Source: Nitrospirota bacterium
GTDB lineage: Bacteria > Nitrospirota > Thermodesulfovibrionia > Thermodesulfovibrionales > JdFR-85
Assembly: GCA_013152485.1 (NCBI GenBank)
Contig: JAADGG010000025.1
Location: forward strand, 50 to 64,049
Length of the DNA: 64,000 nucleotides
Direction: 5' to 3'
Each line of letters starts with the position of its first letter. Within the stretch, counting starts at the first letter, position 1. The notes under the pieces are model-generated. The model was not told the origin of the DNA. It was given only the letters and a program-made list of their open reading frames with translations, and did not search any database. Positions 8,635 through 17,899 of this stretch are shown here, piece after piece. A program made the translations under genes and the position numbers.

Positions 8635-11121
8635 TCACCTCAACTTGAGAAATCTGAGTCTGTTTGCATTGCTGACGACGGTCACCGAACTCATGGCCAT
8701 GGCGGCACCTGCAAGGATCGGGTTCATGGTGATGCCCCATATGGGATAGAGGATTCCGGCTGCTACGGGGACGAGAGCCGTGTTGTAGAAGAAGGCGCCG
8801 AACAGGTTCTCCCTGACGTTCTTCATCGTGGCCTTCGAGATGCTTATCGCCGCCTTTATTCCGAGCAGGGATCCCTTGATCAGTGTTATGTCGGACGCCT
8901 CTATCGCAACGTCCGTGCCGGTACCGATCGCCATTCCGACATCCGCGCGGGCGAGTGCCGGGGCGTCGTTTATCCCGTCGCCCACGAATGCGACCTTCCT
9001 GCCCTCGAGCTGCAGTTTCCGCACCTCGCGGGCCTTGTCTTCGGGCAGTACCTCTGCAAGCACCCTGCCTATGCCGACCCTCTTTGCTATGGCCTCGGCA
9101 GTACGCCTGTTGTCGCCGGTTATCATCACGACGTCCACGCCGAGGCCCTTCAGGCCCTGTATCGCCTCGATGGAATCATCCTTGAGAGGGTCCGAGACGG
9201 CTATGACGCCGGCGGCCCTGCCGTCGACGGCGACGAAGATGGGGGTCTTTCCTTCATCGGCGAGCATGTGGGAATCCTTTTCGAATATGTCGAGGTCGGC
9301 GCCTATCCGCTCCATGAGCTTCCTGTTGCCGAGGCTGATCCTCTTTCCATCCACGACACCCTCCACCCCGTATCCGGGGATCGCATTGAAGTCGTCCGGG
9401 TCCGGAGGGGTGATCTCCCTGGTTCCGGCACCTTGCAGTATCGCCTCTGCCAGAGGATGCTCGGAATTCTTCTCGAGGGCTGCGGCAAACCTGACGATCT
9501 CCTTCTCATCGCCTTCAGGGGCGACTATGACATCCGTCAGCGCAGGCTTTCCCACGGTAATGGTGCCTGTTTTGTCGAGCACGACGGTGTCGAGTGCGGA
9601 GGCGACCTGTATGGCCTCCCCGTTTCTTATCAGGATGCCGTTCTCCGCGGCCTTTCCGACGCCGATCATCAGCGAGGTCGGTGTTGCGAGCCCGAGGGCG
9701 CACGGACATGCAACGATCAGCGTGGTCACTGCACCGAGCAGGGCGAGTATGATGCGGGGTTCGGGGCCGAGGTCGTACCAGAGGACGAAGCTCGACACGG
9801 CGATGACCATTACGGCGGGAACGAAGTATCCGCTGACGGTGTCGGCCAGTTTCTGTATCGGGGCCTTTGAGCCCTGGGCCTCCTGGACCATCCTGATGAT
9901 CTGGGCAAGTGCCGTGTCCTTTCCGACCTTGGTGGCCCTGAACCTGAAGGCTCCCGTCTTGTTGATCGTTCCTCCTATCACCTCGTCGCCCTCCTGCTTC
10001 TCTGCAGGAAGGGGCTCGCCCGTCAGCATGGACTCGTCCACGCTCGACCGTCCCTCGACGAGCACGCCGTCGACCGGGATCTTCTCCCCGGGACGTACAA
10101 CGACCGTATCACCGACCAGTACCTCCTCTATCGGTATGTCGATCTCGGCACCTTCCCTTATGACACGGGCGGTCTTGGCCTGCAGCCCCATCAGCTTCTT
10201 TATGGCCTCCGACGTCCTGCCCTTGGCCCTCAGCTCCAGTGCCTGGCCGAGCACCACGAGGGCGATGACCACGGAGACCACGTCGAAATAGGGCTCCCGC
10301 GCGTTCTCCGGAAACAGCTCCGGAAAGAGGACCACAACGGTCGAGAAGAGCCATGCCATGCCCGTGCCGAGGGCTATCAGCGTGTTCATGTCGGCGGCCC
10401 GGTGCCTGAAGGCAGCGACCGCGCCCTTGAAGAAGCTGCTCCCTGAATATACAAGAGCAGGCACGGTGAGAAGACTCGCGCCCATCCACAGCAGTCTCAG
10501 GGTGTCCATGTCCAGGTCCTTGAGCACGGGGAAGAACGTAGGATAGCTCACCACTATGACGGGCAGGGATATAAGGGCGGCAACCGTGAACCGCCTCAGA
10601 AGGGCCTTGTATTCCTTTTCCTTCGCATCCTCTTCCCTGGCCGGTGAGGGTTCGGTCTCCGCCCTGTAGCCTGAGGACCCTATAACCTTCTTCAACGACT
10701 CGATGGTCGTCATCGACGGGAGAAACTCCACGGTTGCGCTTTCGGAACCCAGGTTGACCTCGGCGCGTATGACGCCCGGAGAGCCCTTCAGTGCGTCCTC
10801 GACCTTACTGACACACGAGGCACACGTCATTCCCCTGATCTTGAGCGTGACCTTTTCAGAGCCGACGTCATAGCCGCTGTCCTTGATGACCTTTATTATC
10901 TGTCCCATCCCGATCAGGCCGGGATCGTACGAGACAAAGGCCTTTTGAGAGGCGAAGTTGATGTTCGCCTCCCTGATTCCTTCCAGGGATGCGAGAGCCT
11001 TTTCTATCGTCGCCGTACAGGAGGCGCAGGTCATTCCGGTTACGGGCAGCTCTACCCTCACCGCTCCCCTGTGCTCTCCGCTCACCCCGGTCGTAGCCGA
11101 GGGAATGATTGCGTGTTTCAT
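8635..11121 (-). CDS. copA: Copper-translocating P1B-type ATPase
   Basis: 828-aa ORF. Two N-terminal HMA domains (GMTCASC twice), CPC in the TM helix, DKTGT phosphorylation motif, GDGINDAP hinge. Confidence 0.95.
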   Translation of the reverse strand: MKHAIIPSATTGVSGEHRGAVRVELPVTGMTCASCTATIEKALASLEGIREANINFASQKAFVSYDPGLIGMGQIIKVIKDSGYDVGSEKVTLKIRGMTCASCVSKVEDALKGSPGVIRAEVNLGSESATVEFLPSMTTIESLKKVIGSSGYRAETEPSPAREEDAKEKEYKALLRRFTVAALISLPVIVVSYPTFFPVLKDLDMDTLRLLWMGASLLTVPALVYSGSSFFKGAVAAFRHRAADMNTLIALGTGMAWLFSTVVVLFPELFPENAREPYFDVVSVVIALVVLGQALELRAKGRTSEAIKKLMGLQAKTARVIREGAEIDIPIEEVLVGDTVVVRPGEKIPVDGVLVEGRSSVDESMLTGEPLPAEKQEGDEVIGGTINKTGAFRFRATKVGKDTALAQIIRMVQEAQGSKAPIQKLADTVSGYFVPAVMVIAVSSFVLWYDLGPEPRIILALLGAVTTLIVACPCALGLATPTSLMIGVGKAAENGILIRNGEAIQVASALDTVVLDKTGTITVGKPALTDVIVAPEGDEKEIVRFAAALEKNSEHPLAEAILQGAGTREITPPDPDDFNAIPGYGVEGVVDGKRISLGNRKLMERIGADLDIFEKDSHMLADEGKTPIFVAVDGRAAGVIAVSDPLKDDSIEAIQGLKGLGVDVVMITGDNRRTAEAIAKRVGIGRVLAEVLPEDKAREVRKLQLEGRKVAFVGDGINDAPALARADVGMAIGTGTDVAIEASDITLIKGSLLGIKAAISISKATMKNVRENLFGAFFYNTALVPVAAGILYPIWGITMNPILAGAAMAMSSVTVVSNANRLRFLKLR

Positions 11122-11274
11122 CGCCCGTACCCCCCTGTGTCCCGTCCCCGGCTGACAAGACCTTGCACCGGCACAAAGACCGCGCTTCCGCTTGTGTACT
11201 CCGGGGCATGAACTCCCTTGAATACGGCAAGGAGCCGCCTCCAGACCCGATCCGTCCTGACCCGTTTCATGACA

Positions 11275-12246
11275 TTACCCTCCTTTTTTTTCAAGCTCCA
11301 CCAGGGAGAACCATCCTTTCGGGTCAGAGAACCAGCCCCTGACATCCAGGCCGGCATCCCGGGCCGTACGCTCCATGTCCTCCCTGGTGAACTTACGGCA
11401 GATCTCGGTGAGAATGCCTTCCCCCTTCTCCAGGTAGACCTCGATTGCAAGGGAGCCTATATTCACCGACATGTCGGTTTCCGCCTGCAGATACATCTCC
11501 ATGCGCTTTTCCTCTTCGTTGAAGACGGCGCGGTGTCGGAACCGTCCGAGGTCGAAATCCGCGCCGAGCTCCCTGTTCAGGACCCTCAGGATATTCTTGT
11601 TGAACTCGGCAGTGACGCCTGCAGAGTCGTTATATGCCCGCTCCAGGATGTCGCGCGGTTTCAGCATGTCGATCCCGAGCAGAAGACGGTCTCCTTTTCC
11701 CATTGAGCCGGAGATGCTTCTCAGGAAACAGACGCCGGTGTCTTCGTCGAAGTTGCCGATGGTGCTGCCGAAAAACACGAACAGCCTTTCACGTTCCGCG
11801 GGGATGACATCGATGTGGCATGTGAAGTCTGCGGCTATTCCGAGCAGGTTCAGCCCGGGATAGTCTTTCAGCAGTCCGGCGACCGAGGACTCCAGGGCGG
11901 TCTCGCTCACATCGACCGGTATGTAGCGGAAGTCCGGAAGCCTGTTTGCGGCAACGGTATCGAGGAGGGTCCTGATCTTCAGGTTCGCACCGGCCCCCAG
12001 CTCGACTATGTCGCCCTTGCGGAAATGCTGCATCAGGGCCGGAGCCGCGCTCTTCAGTATGGAGAGTTCCGTGCGTGTCGGGTAGTATTCCGGCAGGCGG
12101 CAGATCTCCTCAAACAGGGCGGAGCCGCGGGCGTCGTAGAAATACTTGCTCGGAATCGACTTTTGAGATGCGGTCATGCCGTTGAGCACATCCACCCTTA
12201 TGTCCTCGTGGAAGGTCGTGTTTATGTAGTTCAGGGTACTGATCAT
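11275..12246 (-). CDS. EgtD-like SAM-dependent L-histidine N-alpha-methyltransferase family protein
   Basis: Has KSIPSKYFYDARGSALFEEICRLPEYYPTRTE and LGAGANLKIRTLL, typical of the EgtD/Methyltransf_33 family. I prefer start 12246 (ATGA overlap with the upstream stop, GAGGG 7 nt upstream) over the track start 12282. Confidence 0.75.
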   Translation of the reverse strand: MISTLNYINTTFHEDIRVDVLNGMTASQKSIPSKYFYDARGSALFEEICRLPEYYPTRTELSILKSAAPALMQHFRKGDIVELGAGANLKIRTLLDTVAANRLPDFRYIPVDVSETALESSVAGLLKDYPGLNLLGIAADFTCHIDVIPAERERLFVFFGSTIGNFDEDTGVCFLRSISGSMGKGDRLLLGIDMLKPRDILERAYNDSAGVTAEFNKNILRVLNRELGADFDLGRFRHRAVFNEEEKRMEMYLQAETDMSVNIGSLAIEVYLEKGEGILTEICRKFTREDMERTARDAGLDVRGWFSDPKGWFSLVELEKKGG

Positions 12247-13370
12247 GGACATGCCCTCGTGCCGCACCTGCACCATACGCATGTACAGTCATTGCGGCTG
12301 CAGCTGAGGTCCCTCACCCGGCTCTCGTACCCCGCGCTTGCAATCGGCAGCAGGAGGTTCTTGAAGAGAGAGGGTCTGTAGAGCCTCTTGAGGACCCTCG
12401 AGGGGTTGCCCCTGCCGAAGCATCTCGTCAGGTACCTGTAGCCTGCATGACCTATCCTTTCGAACAGGAAGCGGTTGACGAGGGAGGCCTCGAGCCCGGG
12501 CCTCAGCTCCCTCTGCCACAGTGTGTCGTAGTCGTCACCCTCTATGAAGCTCCGTGCAGCGATATATCCCGACAATATCGCATACCTCATGCCGAAGCCC
12601 CAGAGGCAGTCCTGGAAGCCCGCCGCCTCGCCGACGTAGATCTTTCCGTTGCGCACCTGGGAGTCCCGAAGGAAGAAGTTTCCGTAACCGCCGAACTTCC
12701 TCCTGTTTTCCATGTGTAGGTCCATCTTCTCGCTGAAGAAACCGAGGGTCTTTTCGAAATAGTCGTCCGCCTTCTTGAAGTTCCTGTAGAGGACGGTGGC
12801 CATCGTACCGTAGCCCTGTTTTATCAGAAGGTATGCGTATCCCTTCGGAGCGATCCCGTCATCGAGCACCACGGCCGCCATGTCCTTCATTTCGGTATTG
12901 AAGGTTATGCCGACGGCGACCGCGTCGGCTCCTTTGGGGCCTGTGCCGACGATCGCCCTGCCCTTGAAGCTGTCGAGGCGGTGGTTGAACGAGATCTCCA
13001 CGCCGAGCGACAGTGCCTGCTCCTTGAGGCCCCAGTCGAGGGTTCCCGGCATGCTGCCCCTCCTTACGAGATAGAAGATAGGCCTGTCCGAGCTCACTTC
13101 CACGGGATCCAGGCCGGGCGCATACAGTGTGCCTTCGTGGTAGGGCATGCAGAGGAAGTTGATCCCTATGCCGATATCCCGCAGCTGCTCGGTGACGTCT
13201 GTTTCGGAGCTCCAGTTCTCGAGCCCCTGAAAGTCGCCGCTCAGGCGGTGACCCACGTCCGGCGCCGCCTCGAAGACCTTGACGGCAAACCCGTGTCTGC
13301 GCAGGACTATGGCCGCTGCCAGAGACGCCGGGCCTGCCCCGATGATATGTACTGTCTCCTTGTGCGTCAT
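12243..13370 (-). CDS. FAD-dependent oxidoreductase (geranylgeranyl-reductase-like) with Cys-rich C-terminus
   Basis: The true start gives MTHKETVHIIGAGPASLAAA (GxGxxG dinucleotide fold). The track ORF is extended 47 aa upstream into galT. The C-terminus is CSRNDCTCVWCRCG. The start overlaps the galT stop by 1 nt (TGATG). Confidence 0.7.
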   Translation of the reverse strand: MTHKETVHIIGAGPASLAAAIVLRRHGFAVKVFEAAPDVGHRLSGDFQGLENWSSETDVTEQLRDIGIGINFLCMPYHEGTLYAPGLDPVEVSSDRPIFYLVRRGSMPGTLDWGLKEQALSLGVEISFNHRLDSFKGRAIVGTGPKGADAVAVGITFNTEMKDMAAVVLDDGIAPKGYAYLLIKQGYGTMATVLYRNFKKADDYFEKTLGFFSEKMDLHMENRRKFGGYGNFFLRDSQVRNGKIYVGEAAGFQDCLWGFGMRYAILSGYIAARSFIEGDDYDTLWQRELRPGLEASLVNRFLFERIGHAGYRYLTRCFGRGNPSRVLKRLYRPSLFKNLLLPIASAGYESRVRDLSCSRNDCTCVWCRCGTRACP

Positions 13371-14383
13371 CACGCAGTTTCTCCGTTGGGCACCTCGAAG
13401 CCCCGGATGTATTCGGCGGTCTCCTCGGGAAGCGCATGGTTGATGTAGATGCCCGAGCCGAGCTCGAACCCTGCAGGCAGGGAGAGACGCGGGATTATCT
13501 GGATGTGCCACAGGAAGTAGGCCTTGTGTTCGTCGTCCACAGGTGCAGTGTGGATGACCATGTTGTAGTCTGGATTCTCGAGACTGACATACAGCTTCAG
13601 CAGGACCTGTTTCAGTGTCGCAGCGAGGTCCGCGACCTCGTCGTCAGAGATGTTTCCGAATGACGAGTTGTGCACCTTCGGCATGAGCCAGGTCTCGAAC
13701 GGGTAGCGCGACGCATAGGGGTGCAGGACGATGAAGTATTCCGTCTCGGCTATGGTCCGCTCCGATGTGCGGAGCTCGTAGTCCCGTATGTCGCAGTAGA
13801 GGCAGCGGCCCGTGTTGTCGTAGTACTGGACGGCTATCTCGTAGCGTCGCCGTACAGACGGCGGGACGATCGGTGAGGCGACGACCTGTGAGTGCGGATG
13901 TTCGAGCGAGGTGCCTGCCCCGCGGCCGTGATTTTTGAGGATTATGACCGTTCTGACCGCGGGGTCTTTTTTGAGTGCGTGGTACCTGTCCCTGTATACC
14001 CTGATGATTCCCCCGACGTCTGAATCGTCCATGAAGGGGATGAAGTTGTCATGCCGCGGTGTCTCGATGACGACCTCGTGGCTGCCGTATCCGGGACTCT
14101 TCCTGAAGGGGCCGATCTCCTCTCTTTCAGCTGTGACGTCGGTGGTGAGTGCGGCGAACTTGTTCGGCACCACACGGGTCTTCCATTCACCGGGCCCTCC
14201 GTATACGGCCTTCGCCTCAGGCGTCCTGTGCTCGTTTCCCGGACAGAAGGGACAGCTGTCGCTGTGAGCGGGAAAATACGGCCGCGTCATGTTCTCCTTC
14301 CTGAACTCCCATGGCCGCTTTGCCCGCTCTTTGGCAATGATGACCCAGTCGTACGTGGTCGGGTCCTGCCTCAGTTCTGACAT
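13370..14383 (-). CDS. galT: Galactose-1-phosphate uridylyltransferase-like HIT-superfamily nucleotidyltransferase
   Basis: 337-aa ORF with the CPFCPGNE zinc motif, VVPNKFAAL and the HPHSQ active-site motif. Confidence 0.8.
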   Translation of the reverse strand: MSELRQDPTTYDWVIIAKERAKRPWEFRKENMTRPYFPAHSDSCPFCPGNEHRTPEAKAVYGGPGEWKTRVVPNKFAALTTDVTAEREEIGPFRKSPGYGSHEVVIETPRHDNFIPFMDDSDVGGIIRVYRDRYHALKKDPAVRTVIILKNHGRGAGTSLEHPHSQVVASPIVPPSVRRRYEIAVQYYDNTGRCLYCDIRDYELRTSERTIAETEYFIVLHPYASRYPFETWLMPKVHNSSFGNISDDEVADLAATLKQVLLKLYVSLENPDYNMVIHTAPVDDEHKAYFLWHIQIIPRLSLPAGFELGSGIYINHALPEETAEYIRGFEVPNGETA

Positions 14384-14417
14384 AAGTTTCTCCTTTCCTT
14401 TTCAACTGCCGTCCCTC

Positions 14418-15532
14418 TCAGACCGTCTTCCGGAGGTCCAGAATGTACTGCCGTGCTGCCAGGGCTGCCTTCGCCCCTTCTCCGGAGGCGATGATGATGC
14501 GCTTGCCGAATGCGTTCGTGATGTCGCCGGCCGCGAATATTCCCGGATAAGAGGTCGAACAGTCAGGGTTTATCATGATCTCGCCCTTCTTGTTGAGCTT
14601 GACGAGATCGGCGACGAGCGCGGAGTTCGGCTGCAGCCCTATGGCGAGAACACACCCTTGACGGGCAGGTCGATCGTCTCCTTCTCGGCGATCTTCCTGA
14701 TCGTGACGTTGGAGAGCGTCTTGCCGCCTGAAAACTCGACCACCTTGTACCCCTCGTAGTAGCGTATGGGATAGATGGCGGAGTACGGACCTTTCTTGTG
14801 AGCGTTCCTGTAGCGGTTTATCCTGTCGATCACCACGGGGTCGGCCGAGAGCTTGGTGTCCGAGATGATGTAGACGTTTCTGGCGACCGTGTACAGGTTC
14901 TCGACTATCTGCATGGCTGAGTTGCCTCCGCCGATGACGGCGACGTCCTCTCCCTGAACGAGGGAGATGTCCTGGACATTGCCGTAGAAGACGCCCTTTC
15001 TCTGGAACTCCTCCTCTCCGGGCACCTTGAGCCTCCTCCTCGTCATCCCGGTGGCGATGATCAGTGTCTTCGCGAAGTACTTCTTGAGGTCCGAGGTGGT
15101 CACGTTGAATCCGCCCTCGACAGGCTCGATCACCTCTACATCGCTCATCAGGTGGTCGATGTAGTGTGAACCGATGAGCTGGTAGCGGAACTTCTCTATG
15201 AGTTCAGGCCCTGTTATGAAATCGAAGCCCATGTAGTTCTCGATCTTCGTGCTGTCGACGGCCTGTCCGCCGAGGTCCCGCGTGATCAGGAAGGCCTCCA
15301 TCTTGAGAGTGGCCGCATACACCGCAGCAGTCAGTCCCGCAGGACCGCCCCCGATGATGATCAGGTCGTATGACGTGCGCGGCAGCTTGCAAACCCTTTC
15401 CTTGAGGAACCTCTCCCTGCACCCTTCGGAACAGAAATAGTAGATCTCGCCGTCACACTCAGTGGTGATGGCGTTATTTTCCTCGACATCCATATTGCAT
15501 ATGGGATCTTTTTTGATGTTTTTCCCTTTCAT
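14418..15532 (-). pseudogene. YHS-domain / thioredoxin-reductase-like flavoprotein fusion, interrupted by a frameshift near 14640
   Basis: ORF 14639-15532 has an N-terminal YHS domain (DPICNMDV...YYFCSEGC) then IIIGGGPAGLTAA, and it stops at VKGVFSP*. In another frame, hand translation continues AIGLQPNSALVADLVKLNKKGEIMINPDCSTSYPGIFAAGDITNAFGKRIIIASGEGAKAALAARQYILDLRKTV* and ends at 14418. Total length is 1115 nt, which is 1 nt short of a multiple of 3. Confidence 0.8.
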
Positions 15533-15708
15533 TTTCTCCTCCTCCTTGTTCTTGCAGCGTGTAATATGCGATGACCGCCCGTAATGCCTGAAATGCCGCG
15601 GGCTTCATTCATATTACAGTATATAGGATACTGCTCAAGTTTGAACACAATATGAAGAGAAGATGAGGTTTTTGTGAAGACGCGGCAAGGAGGACCGCTT
15701 GGGGGGTG

Positions 15709-17892
15709 TCAGGCGGGCTTCGGTCCCGTTCTGCTGCGGCCCTCTGTTCCTCTGCTTCCGCGGCCGTTCTTGAGGGAGAGAGATATGCGCCTGCGTTGCA
15801 GGTCCACGTTCAGCACCGTGACCGTCACCTTCTGGTGGACCTTCACCACGTCTGCCGGGTTCTTCACGAACCTGTCGGAGAGCTCGCTTATGTGGACGAG
15901 TCCGTCCTGGTGTACGCCGATATCCACGAAACAACCGAAGGCCGTGATGTTGGTGACGATTCCCGGAAGCCTCATCCCGGGCCTGACGTCCTCGATCTTG
16001 TCGATCCCGTCGGCGAACCTGAAGACCTCGAACCGCTCTCTCGGGTCACGGCCCGGTTTGGCCAGTTCTTCCATGATATCGAGCAGGGTCGGCATTCCGA
16101 CCCCGTCGGTCACGTAACACCGGAGATCGATCTTCCGCCTGAGGCCTTCGTCCTTCATCAGGTCGGTCAGCGTGCACCCGAGGTCCCTCGCCATGGCGTC
16201 GACGACGTGATAGCTCTCGGGGTGGACCGCAGAGCCGTCGAGCGGGTGTTCGCCGTTGCGTATCCTCAGGAATCCCGCCGCCTGCTCGAAGGCCTTCGGC
16301 CCGAGGCGGGGTACGTTCAGGAGTTCCATGCGAGACCTGAACGGGCCGTGCTCGTTCCTGTAGTCCACGATCCCCTTTGCAATCCGGGGGCCGAGCCCGG
16401 AGACATAGGAGAGAAGCTGCCTGCTTGCGGTATTCACCTCGACCCCTACAAGGTTTACACAGCTTACGACCACGTCATCGAGGCTCCTCTTCAGTGCGGC
16501 CTGGTCTACGTCGTGCTGGTACTGTCCGACGCCTATGGACTTGGGGTCTATCTTCACAAGCTCGGCAAGCGGGTCCATGAGGCGCCGTCCGATCGAGACC
16601 GCGCCCCTCACGGTCACGTCGTGGCCGGGAAACTCCTCGCGCGCCGCCTCTGACGCCGAATAAACCGAGGCACCGCTTTCGCTCACCATCACTATCTCGA
16701 TCCCGGCCGGAAGCCCCACACCCCGCAAGAACGACTCGGTCTCCCTCCCGGCGGTGCCGTTGCCGACGGCTACCGCCTCGATGCCGAAGCGGCTGCAGAG
16801 GGCTCTGATCTTCGCTGCAGCCTCGGAAGCCCCCCTGTCGGATGCGTGGGGGTGGATCGTGTCGTGGTGCAGCAGCTTTCCCTGCGGATCGAGGCAGACG
16901 AGCTTGCACCCCGTCCTGAACCCGGGATCGACGGCAAGTATCCTCTTTCCGCCCAGAGGCGGTGCAAGCAGCAGTTGCCTGAGGTTTTCTGCAAAGACGC
17001 GTATCGCCTCCTCATCCGCCCGCTTCTTAAGGGCGAGGCGTGTTTCGGCCTCTATGGATGGGGCGAGCAGCCGCTTGAAGCCGTCACGGACTGCGGTCCT
17101 CACCTCTTCCGAGGCTGGACCGTTCCCCCTGACAAAGAGTTCATCGAGCATGGCGAGTGCATCGTCCTCGGGCGTGACTATGCGGAAGGTGAGCACGCCC
17201 TCTCTCTCTCCGCGCCTGATGGCGAGTATCCTGTGCGAGGGAGCCCCGGATACTGGCTCATCCCATTCGTAGTAGTCTTTATACTTGATCCCCGCCTCTT
17301 CCTTTCCCTTGACGACCCTCGACCTTATGACACCCCTGGTCCGGAAGAGCGTGCGCATCCTCTCCCGGGCACGCTGGTCTTCGCTTATCCACTCGGCGAT
17401 TATGTCCCTTGCTCCGGCGAGTGCGGTTCCGGCAGAGTCGACGCCTTTTCCAGGATCCACAAATGCCCGGGCCTCCTCCCCGGGGTCGACACCGGCCTGT
17501 TCGAAGATCATCGAGGCGAGCGGTTCGAGTCCCTGCTCCCTCGCAATGGTCGCGCGCGTGCGGCGCTTGGGCCTGTAGGGTAGATAGACGTCCTCGAGCA
17601 TGGTCATGGAGCCGGCAGCGTCGATCTTCGCCTTGAGCGTGTCGGTCAGCAGGCCCCGCTCTTTCAGGGACTTGATGATCGCCTCGCGCCTCCTGTCGAG
17701 CTCCCTCAGCTGCTCGAGCCTGTCCCTGACGGCCCTTACCGCGACCTCGTCGAGGCTCCCGGTGGCCTCCTTGCGGTATCTTGCGATGAACGGCACGGTC
17801 GCCCCTTCATCTAGCAGGGCTGCGGTTGCCTCGACCTGCGCAGGCCTGATGCCGAGTTCTTCCGAGATGATACGGGTATGGAGTCCGTTCAT
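15709..17892 (-). CDS. tex: Tex-like transcription accessory protein (S1 RNA-binding domain)
   Basis: Starts MNGLHTRIISEELGIRPAQVEATAALLDEGATVPFIARYRKE. Has YqgF/HhH regions and a C-terminal S1 domain (GIVTNITAFGCFVDIG). The track start 17994 runs into the upstream helicase gene, so I use ATG 17892. Confidence 0.9.
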   Translation of the reverse strand: MNGLHTRIISEELGIRPAQVEATAALLDEGATVPFIARYRKEATGSLDEVAVRAVRDRLEQLRELDRRREAIIKSLKERGLLTDTLKAKIDAAGSMTMLEDVYLPYRPKRRTRATIAREQGLEPLASMIFEQAGVDPGEEARAFVDPGKGVDSAGTALAGARDIIAEWISEDQRARERMRTLFRTRGVIRSRVVKGKEEAGIKYKDYYEWDEPVSGAPSHRILAIRRGEREGVLTFRIVTPEDDALAMLDELFVRGNGPASEEVRTAVRDGFKRLLAPSIEAETRLALKKRADEEAIRVFAENLRQLLLAPPLGGKRILAVDPGFRTGCKLVCLDPQGKLLHHDTIHPHASDRGASEAAAKIRALCSRFGIEAVAVGNGTAGRETESFLRGVGLPAGIEIVMVSESGASVYSASEAAREEFPGHDVTVRGAVSIGRRLMDPLAELVKIDPKSIGVGQYQHDVDQAALKRSLDDVVVSCVNLVGVEVNTASRQLLSYVSGLGPRIAKGIVDYRNEHGPFRSRMELLNVPRLGPKAFEQAAGFLRIRNGEHPLDGSAVHPESYHVVDAMARDLGCTLTDLMKDEGLRRKIDLRCYVTDGVGMPTLLDIMEELAKPGRDPRERFEVFRFADGIDKIEDVRPGMRLPGIVTNITAFGCFVDIGVHQDGLVHISELSDRFVKNPADVVKVHQKVTVTVLNVDLQRRRISLSLKNGRGSRGTEGRSRTGPKPA

Positions 17893-17899
17893 CGGGGAG

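Noticed and set aside
8828-10291. Long antisense ORFs opposite real genes (e.g. 1202-1894, 2144-3130, 8828-10291, 15706-16653, 17600-18727, 19677-21110, 22009-22785, 47422-48603, 53302-54246, 55864-56865, 58320-59519)
   Set aside because: These are shadow ORFs typical of GC-rich DNA. Their products are low-complexity, Arg/Pro/Ser/Gly-rich translations with no motifs, and each lies fully inside a well-supported gene on the other strand.
15561-15618. 8-bp inverted repeat gtaatatg...catattac in the leader of the YHS-TrxR-like gene as a copper-repressor (CsoR/CopY/CueR) operator
   Set aside because: The half-sites are about 45 nt apart and match none of the operator consensus sequences I know (TACAnnTGTA; GC-rich CsoR pseudo-palindrome; CueR CCTTCC/GGAAGG). 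I note it as a possible RNA hairpin only.
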